From positions 64,001 to 128,000 of IMG/VR virus record IMGVR_UViG_3300046777_002658: a stretch of DNA of 64,000 nucleotides; one strand, given 5' to 3'. Shown piece by piece: positions 1 through 9,000 of the stretch (within the stretch, counting starts at the first letter, position 1; the number at the start of each line of letters is the position of its first letter). Made by a program: the position numbers and the translations under genes. Under the pieces are notes generated by a model that worked only from the letters and a program-made list of their open reading frames with translations, was not told the origin of the DNA and ran no database searches. This DNA comes from a virus.

Positions 1-1
1 T

Positions 2-3000
2 GTTTGGTTTAGCTATGACACAAGCATATCTCTGGAAGTAACTGAGCTTTTAGCAGAGTTTGGCTTTGCTTCTAAGTATGACTGCTTCTTGTTAAAACCA
101 GCATTAAGAGAGCCAGTTAACAAGGATGTCAAATCTATGTACATCACAGTACATACAAAAACCAAAGCTGGTGTAGCTTCAGGTTCTTTCACTGTGGGTG
201 ACACCACTATCCCAGTGGAAGTAGACCAAAAAGCTACAGAGCCAGCTAACAGACTGCTCTGTGTTAAGCAAGCAATCGCTTACGCTATTAACGCTGGGGC
301 AAAGGCTGTTTCGGTAGAAGTCAGCCACGCTAACTATGACCTGAACAAGTTAGCTGCATGGAAAGCTGCTGGCTTTAAAGGCAAGTCTAATGTTGAGTTG
401 CTAAAAGATATTGAGTCTCTGACTCACTACCTTTCTGTTACCTGGGTAAACCCTAAGAACAAAGCCAAAGAAGTGGCTAATACTGTAGTAAGAGAAACTG
501 TGGCACAAGTAACAAAGGTGCAGGCTTCCGTAACCACATCCCATAAAGTAATTGGTGGAGAGGCTTATGCAGAAGAAGGCTTACTGTATTACCCTAAAAT
601 CCTGTTTAAAGAAACCAGAGACTTACTGCTTGAAGATCTTCAAGCAGTTCTTGACAGTGGTGCTGTTGAGAAAACCAGCTTTGGTCCCTACCAGTACACC
701 TGTTTAGGTGACTACTACTGGACATGGGAAAACAAGAAGGGTGTCTACTCTACCACTCAACCAAATGGCTCTCCTGTCGCAGCTGTACCAAAGCGGCTGA
801 GAGAAATTGTTGAAGTCTGGTTAAATGGAGAGTTAAAAGTTTGGGAGGGTCAGTACGTAGTAGAATCTTGCCTTGTAAACTTCTACGAAGGCAAGCAGAA
901 GCTAAACTGCCATCAAGACATCTCTGAAGAGATTGATGCTCCTATTGTCTCTTTCTCCTTTGGTGCTACTGGTCGTTTCCTCATTCGTGAGGGAGCTCGC
1001 ACTGGTCGTATCTCTCATGAGTTCACTTTAAGTGACTCTGACTTACTTGTTATGTATGGCAAGCACAGATACTGCTGGCATGAGTATGCTGGCAACATTG
1101 AATCTGGTACAAGGATAAACTTAACCTTCCGCATGGTTAAGAAGCCTGTAGTAACCCAACCAGAGGTAAGAACTGTGGAGCAAAGGACTGTAAAAACAGA
1201 ACGTCTTGTTGATACTACTGCAGTGAAGCAGAATCAACAGCCTGCAGCAAGAACTGTTCAGGATAGAGTAAGGGTTAACCCAGACTTCAAGCCTCAACCC
1301 AGAGCAAAAACCTTGCCGGAGCCTGGTTTGCTACCTCAGTCAGAGGTTGGCAGAATCAGTGGCACTCCTCAAGGTTGCTCTCACATCTTTGACTTTAAAA
1401 ACAATGAGTCTAAGAAAGGTCTTGATGAGGTTATTGTAGCAGCTTTCGCTGTAAGGTTAGACCCCGTTAAAGGGCAGCCTGTAGAGTGTAACATTAACAC
1501 TCCCTCATATGCTTATAACGATGAGTTTACTCACTACGGGTATGAAGATACTCTTACCACTAAAAAGGGTGAGAATATGAATGTTATAAGCTTGGGTGCA
1601 GCCGCTACAAAGGCTCTACCAGCTCATCTGACACCAATTATACTTTCTGTTTGCAACCACTGTTTAAATGGTGTGCGAGAAGAGTTTATACCCACAGCTC
1701 TATCATCAGTGAACAGAGTTAACAAGAAGGCTAATCTGCAGATTATTCTTGGGCAACCAGGTGGTGAATCCTGCTTGACCAAAGAGAAAGCCATCCAGGC
1801 ACCAGAATCTAGCTCTAGACAAAAGATGGGAGCAGCTATACTAGAAGGTGAGTCTAAAGAAATCCCTTCCGTAATATTCCACGATGACGGACAGGGACAT
1901 ACTCCCACGTTTGTTAAGTTAGAATTTTCTGGAGATGGTCTAGAAACTATTCTTGCAGACGGTAAGAGACACATCTTTATCGTAGTTGCTTGGTACGACA
2001 AGAGCAAGCAAACTTACTTTGAGAAGGGGGGTAAGCAGTACAGAATCTACCCCCACACTGCTAGTGTCTTCCATGTTGATGACTTAGAAGCTGTCTTTGG
2101 TGGTCAGAAAGTATTTAAGTTTGATGAAAGAGCTCTTCTAGGGTTATCAGCAGAGCCTGTAGTTGAGGCTAAAGCTGTTAAACCAGAGGTTAAAGCTCTT
2201 AACAGACCTCTTATCAAACCAGAACCAACAAAAGCAACCTCTGAAGAGGTTACAGAAGTTCAACAGTCTGTTGATAAGGCAAATCTAGCCAAAGAGCTGG
2301 CAGATCTTCACAAAGCCACCAGATTAAAAGGTCTTCCACTGACCAAAGGTCTAACAGAAGAAGACTTAGAGAGCATATTTGTTTGCATGAGTCCTGATGG
2401 TCAGATAGCTCACAGAACTCTAAGCTACATCAAGTCCAGAACCGATGGCAAACCTGTGCAGCTGTTTGATTGGACTAAAGCTGATGTTCTTAAGGTAGCA
2501 AAAGTTTTTGTAGACCTTTTATCGCCTACAAAAGCAACAGCAGATCAACAGGTGTTCCGCTACCGCAATACTGAAGAGGGCTTGTTGCTTTCCTTTGACG
2601 CTGGAACTATTGAGTTCTTGATAGGCAATGATGGTCGTGCTTATAATGCTGCTGATGGTCGTGCCTTTGAGCAAGGCATGGAGCTGATAGGGTACAACGC
2701 TTTAGATATGTCTTGGTGGGACTCTCCAGAGTATGCTAAAGCTAAAGCAGCACTAGCCGCTGCGGGTAAGAAAGAACCTGAAAAAGATGTTTCTTACTTC
2801 CAAATAGTTAATGGAGAGGTTCAGACCAGAGAGGAGTACAAACCTGAAATCACAGATGTTTGTTTCTCCTCCTCCATCGGTAAGTTCATGCAGGCTTTCT
2901 GTGCTTACTTATTGATGTTTGCTCAAAGCAAGAACAACACTCGGGGGGGCTTGGGTGACAACTTTAAGATTCTTTTGAACAAGTGCGAGAGTGTTATCTC

Positions 3001-6000
3001 TATGACCGAAGGAGATATCCTTGGTCAAAATGGAGGTTTCTTGTACTCTGTGCAAAACAGTCCTAAACTGTACGTTCACAGAGAGCAGTGTGACATATTT
3101 GCACTAGAAGAAGACAAGCTGAAAGACTTGGCTAATTCAGTGGCAACAGTAGTCAAGGGTTATGATAAAAAGCCACCAGAAGAGATGCTCAAAGTGTCTT
3201 CCACTGACACTCAGTCTCTAGCTATGAAAGAAGCTTTCAAGAAGTATCCTGCTTTGGGCTTCCACTTTGCTAAGGGTACTTTTATCAATGGTCTGACCCA
3301 TCTCAGACTAGCTACTCTTCAAAAGTATGCTCCAAACTTGTTTAATAAGACTCTGCAACTAACAGGGTTATCAGTTGAGGCTGCTGTTGAAAGTGTTGTC
3401 TCTTTAACTCTAAAAGCTTCTAAGGGTGCTAAACGAGCAACTTTAGCCTTAGCCAGAGCTGTTGAAGTGTTAGGAGAAGTGAAAGCTGGCTGGGCTTTCT
3501 ATGGTCAAGAGAAGGTGCTGACAGGCTGGCTTGTGCAAGAGTGTATGGCTCCTACATTTGTCATGGCTCCTGGTATGTCCTTCTTCTTAGGCAATGAGGA
3601 GGAGAAACCAGTTGCTTTAGTCAAGAAGACTCAGACACAAAACTACCCCAAGTTCTTGGCTAGTAACCTTGCTGAGGCTGTGAGCATGACAGGCGTTACT
3701 GAGTATCAAAGATGCCTGGCAGATCACAGACCCACTCAAACCTATGATGAGGTTTCAGCAACCTACCGCATCACCTTTGATAAAGAGGTAAAGCTAATCA
3801 AAGGCACAGAAATTGCTTTTGTTAAAAAGGAAGAGGGTCAGGGAGCCGATGCCGTCATTATTTTCAATGACAACGAGAGAGCCACTCTCAATGAGATAAC
3901 CTGGAGAGTCCATAAGGATCTTGTAGGTGAGTCAGTCTTGGTAGTCAACTACTCTTACACCCTACACCACCGCAACCCTAAACTGCGTGGTGTCATCAAA
4001 ACCATGATGGCTTCCTGCAGTAAAGAGTTGTTGTACAACTTCTTTAATGAGCCAAAGTTAACAGCTTTGGGATTAAAGGACATCAAGCTAGTATGCCCGC
4101 AGGATACTATCAAGTCTGATATGCTGTACTCTTGGCTAATGGTGATAGGTAACACTATCAGACACAACGACCCAACTAACCCTCACATTGCTAAGTTGAT
4201 TAGCTTAAGAGATCAACTCAATGAAGAGATGATGGGTGGTGCTGATTACGACCCTGACACCATTGTCATTAACCCAGCAGCAGTAGTAGCTGGTCTCTAC
4301 TCTGACTTGATTGCTTATTTTGTTAAGCACTTTGGTCATTCCTTATGGATGCACGTTCAACAACCAGAAGACCAAGGAGAGATCATGAATCGCCTGTATG
4401 TTGACCGCGTTGCCCAAAAAGCTGGCTGGGTAGAAGTACCTAAGATAGCTTGGGGTGAGTATGAGGAGGCTCTAGCTACAGCTAGACGTATGGAAGGCTA
4501 TACAGTCAAGCTATACGCAGAGTCAGTTGATTATCTAAAGAATGACAAGCAGAATGCTTTGTTGTTTACTTTAGACGCTGATGGAGTGGTAGTTGAATAC
4601 TTCCATCGTTCGTTCTGTTTTGTGGGTGCTGAAGGAGCACCTGTCTATGGTGTAGAGCTATTCGAGTCTAGCACTGTGGCTGAGGCTATCTCTGACTCCA
4701 GACATATGCCACCATCTGTGCGTTCACTCTCTCGCATGGAAGGAGTTGCTTTTGATGATGCTTGGGCGCTTCTAAACGCTGGTAAAGAGAAGATGTTTAT
4801 GTCTTTGGTGATTGCTGGAATGTCATCCTGTGACAAGTTCAACTGCTCTAAGACAATAACAATCCTAGAGCGTGGTGCTGAGAAGGACAAGAACCTGATT
4901 CTCTCTCCAGAAGACAAGGATTATTTCAATAGCATTTTAGTTGAGAACAAAATCAGCTTGGATTTCCATGAAGAGGAGCAGTTTAAAGCTGTAGCTTATG
5001 CGTTCAGAGATATTGTGTTTGTAGCTAAAGGCAAGACCTACTGGCTACCTGCTTTGTTTGCTATCAACAGCTTGAAGTCTGAAAACTCTACAAACAACCT
5101 TGCTCAACAGTTCTTTAGAGATATTCTTGTTGAGTGTCTAGCTGGCAGAACTGTGCCCGCAATAGAAGGTTCAAGAGCTGCTGGTATCTTGGATAGTCTA
5201 TGTGACTCTGCTTCTACCAAGAAGTTAATCACTGCTGCTGATAATATGGCAGCCAAGCGGATTGCTCTGGCTCACATTCCTGCTGGAGAGATTCATATTC
5301 TCAAGAGTACACATCCTGCCAGTAACTACCAAAACCTGCTCAGACACAAGTTTGACTTGAAGAGCGTAGAGGCTGGTAAGTCTACTATCTTTGTTCACAA
5401 CTCTCGCGCTCCTCTAACAGATGGTTGTCTGTTAAAGCTTGTAATAGTAACAGAAGAGCAAAACAGTAAGAACTTCTGGAAGTTAGACTCTGACAGCTTT
5501 GCTCTTGGGAGTATGGGTAACGGCATGGACTTTGGTGACTTTGACGGTGACGGTCACTATTTTGTTCAGCTTGTGGGCACTGACTATACAGTATCTACCT
5601 TTGACAGCATTGCTGACTTTATCACTGATGCTGTTGGGTACAACATTTTCAACACCTATGCCAACCCAGAGAATAAGAAAGGAGAGCCAAACGAAGCTTA
5701 CCTAGCTGACCACTACAACATCAAGAAGTGGTCTAAGGTTGATGAAACCTTATGCAATATGGGAGTCAAGAAGGCTACAAAGTCTAGTGCTACCTACTTG
5801 ATGTATAACCAGAATGCGCGTGAGATGCAAGCCAAAGCAACTGGCATTGCATACTCTGTGTATATGTGGTCTGAACACCTTGTAGACATCCTTCTAGCGT
5901 ACAAGAAGCTAGGCGGTGTTTTACCATTTGGTTTTGAAGCTGCTGCTGATGGTAGTTTAGTAGCCCCTATCTCTCAAGTGTACGAAGTTATTCTTGGTGG

Positions 6001-9000
6001 ATTTTCAGACCCTGCTTGGGCAGTCTACACCAAATACTTCCTCAAAATGAAGGAAGGTGAGCGCACAGTGTTTGACCATAACTTAGCCGAGTTTAACAAA
6101 GACTTGATGGCTATGGGCATCACTGGTCAAAAGCAAGCAGGGTTTAGTGCTCTGATGTTTGCTTCTTACCACTTATTCTTTTTAGAGAAGTGGGGTGAGT
6201 TCAATGACTATGAAGTAGACATGGTTACTAAGAACCCACTACCTTTAGAACTAAAAGGTATGTTAGCCTGCGCGTTGGTTTCCTTTGAGCTGATGCGAGG
6301 TAAGTTCCAAGGGTTTGTTGGTGCTCTGGAAGTCGAGAAAGGTGGTAAGGTGACAGGTCACAAGACTGCTATGAACTTTGCTAGAACCTTCCTATTAAAC
6401 AATCCAGGCATGGTGAGTGAGTCATTAGTTTGTAAACAACTAGCTCAAACTATTGAGGTTTGTAATCACCTGCTAGAAGGTAAGCCTCGCCCAGAAAGAA
6501 CTCTTGCAACACCAGGAGTTATTCAAGAGCGCACTGTAGCTGTTCCTACTTCTAACTTGTCTGATGAGGCTTTACAGTATTTCTTAACTAAAGTAGGTGC
6601 ATCTGCTGTGGTTAAGGAGACTAATGACTCTGATGATGAAGGTGGCAGCAAGGTTAGTGCAGAACCTAATACTCCTGACAATGGAGATGGTGGTGCAGCT
6701 GTAGAAGCTATAGACTATGCTGCTTATCTAGAAACTGAAGAAGTTGCTGCTCCTACAATTGAAGAGCTTGTGTCTGTTAGTTCTGCGGTAGTTGAAGAAT
6801 ACTACTCTGAGTCAGAGCTAGAAGAGCCAGAGTTTGCTGCTACCCCAGCTGTTCTTACAACATCTGAACCAAGCAGCTCACAGTATGAGTTTGATGCAGA
6901 TGGTTTTCTTGTAAATTGGCTAGACCACGCGCTTGCCACTATAAACTGGCAAGAAGAAACTCTTGTGATTGACTACACAGGTTCTAAACCTTGTTACTTA
7001 CTCAAGGGTGAAGGTCTCAAGTTGCACTCTTTAGTATCAAAAGGTTGGGGAGGAGCCTACTACTTTGAGGGCTTAGGAGAAGATAAAAAGGCTCCAGTCA
7101 TCTTTATGGATCAAAGTGTTGAAAGAACCGTGAAGGCAGACCAAGAGTTTAATGAGTTAGTGAGTTCTTGGGCTGAGTGGGCTGGAGAAACTATCGAGGC
7201 GCCAGAAGAGTTCTCAAAAGTCCTGATGGTCAGAGGTGAGGTAATAATCATTGAAGATGAAGATGAAGAAGAGCCAGTACAATCAGAGGTAATAGAGAAT
7301 GGAACAAAACAGAAGATGGCGACGTTAATGCAAGTGGTAGAACAACTACCAGAGTCTGCTTTAGATAAGCTACTAGCTGAGGGTGAAAGGCTACTAGCAG
7401 AATTAACCAAAACTAAAGAGCCAGTAAGAGAGGCTCTTAAAACAATAGAACCTACTGTTACCTGTACTTCCTGCTTAACAGTAGCAGAACCAGTTACTGA
7501 TGAAGCACCCTCTATAGACATACCTAGTGAAGGGACACAAAAGCAGTCAATAGTTAGTTTTACCTCCAGAACTAAGAGGGCTGACAAACCAGAAGTAACG
7601 AACAGTTCGTCAAGAGAGATTCTTCAAGCTGAGTCTGTTGTAGAAAATGTTGAAGTTGTAAAAGCTCATCCTTTAGATGGTCTTGCACCTTTGAGGTCTT
7701 CCACAGCAAAACACATGATTAAAGACATAGCTATGGCTGCTGTGGCTACTCAGTTCATTGGTACAAGTGCTGTATCTAAACCTTCTAGCACAGAGCTTTA
7801 CAGACAAGCCTGGGCTGATTGGAAAAGTGGTTGTGCCAACACAGGTGTCTACACTGCTGCTGACGTAGTAATGGTATCTGGTAACGGCTTGGGGAGGGCT
7901 ACAGAGGCTCAAATAGTAGAAACCTTTGCAAAGAGCTATATCCCCTACCTGTTGTTGGTAATCAATGCCAAAGCCACAGTAGTAGTTGGTGACTGTCCTG
8001 GTATGGACTGTTGTGTCAGAGATTACTTAGTGGGGCATGGCTATCAAAATACATGGGTTGCTGCCAAGATTGGTGGTTATAACAGACTCACACCTCCCAC
8101 CCAGCGAGAAAGAAAACTTGAGAGAGCTGTAGTTAAACAGTCTGTAGAAGCTGTAAAGATTCAACCAGAAGGAGACTGGGTTGAGGCTCTTGTTAGTAAG
8201 TTAGAGCCTTGGACTGGTAACCAGATAAAGAAAGCTCTAGCAACTCTTAGCTCTGAGCAGTTAGAGGCTGCTAGAATCATCATCCAACACGCTCTAAGCA
8301 ACACTACCGCTAAAGTTGCAGAGTTAGACCCTAAAGACGTGGTGGGTGGTCACATCCTCACTGGTAAAGCTGGTACTGGTAAAACCTACGCTACTCTTGT
8401 AATCATCATAGTCCTAGACTTGCTAGGCTTTCGTGTGGTAGCTTGCGGAACCACGGGTCTGGCTAGTCAAAATCTCAAAAACTCTTCTGGTACAATAAAC
8501 AGGGTTTTAAGCTTGGGTACAGGCTTTGAAGAGAGAAAAGATACTGAGGGAAACCTGCTGCCAAGAACTGAGGCAGACATTAGCCAGATAATACTCAAAA
8601 TGAGTAAGGATGGTAAAGTAGCCAAAAGACTATCTGAGCAAAGCAACAACAAGAACTATATAGGAGTAGTTCTGCTAGTTGATGAAGCCTTTATGCTTGG
8701 AGGAGATTTAGGTATCGCCGCTGCTGAGGGCTTAAAGACCATTGTTGGGCTAGAAGCTCAAAATGGTAAAGTCCGTCAGAGACCTATTCAGTTATTAATG
8801 GTTGGAGATCCTAAGCAGCTAGAACCAGTAAAAGACAGAATGATATTCGAGGAAGGTGAGTTCCTAGAATATTCTGACAGCACAGAAGTTCAGAAATACC
8901 ACGCTTTTACAGACCGTCTGAATCTAAAGGTTATTAAGCTAGAGAAGAACGAAAGGCAGTCTGGTGATACTGCTTTTGGCTTAGAGTTGGACTTGCTGGG

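Noticed and set aside
5135-5404. Possible intein (CLAGRT...FVHN/S) near the RNAP active site
   Set aside because: About 89 aa is too short, there is no clear TxxH block B, and the segment fits the barrel strand leading into RAP.
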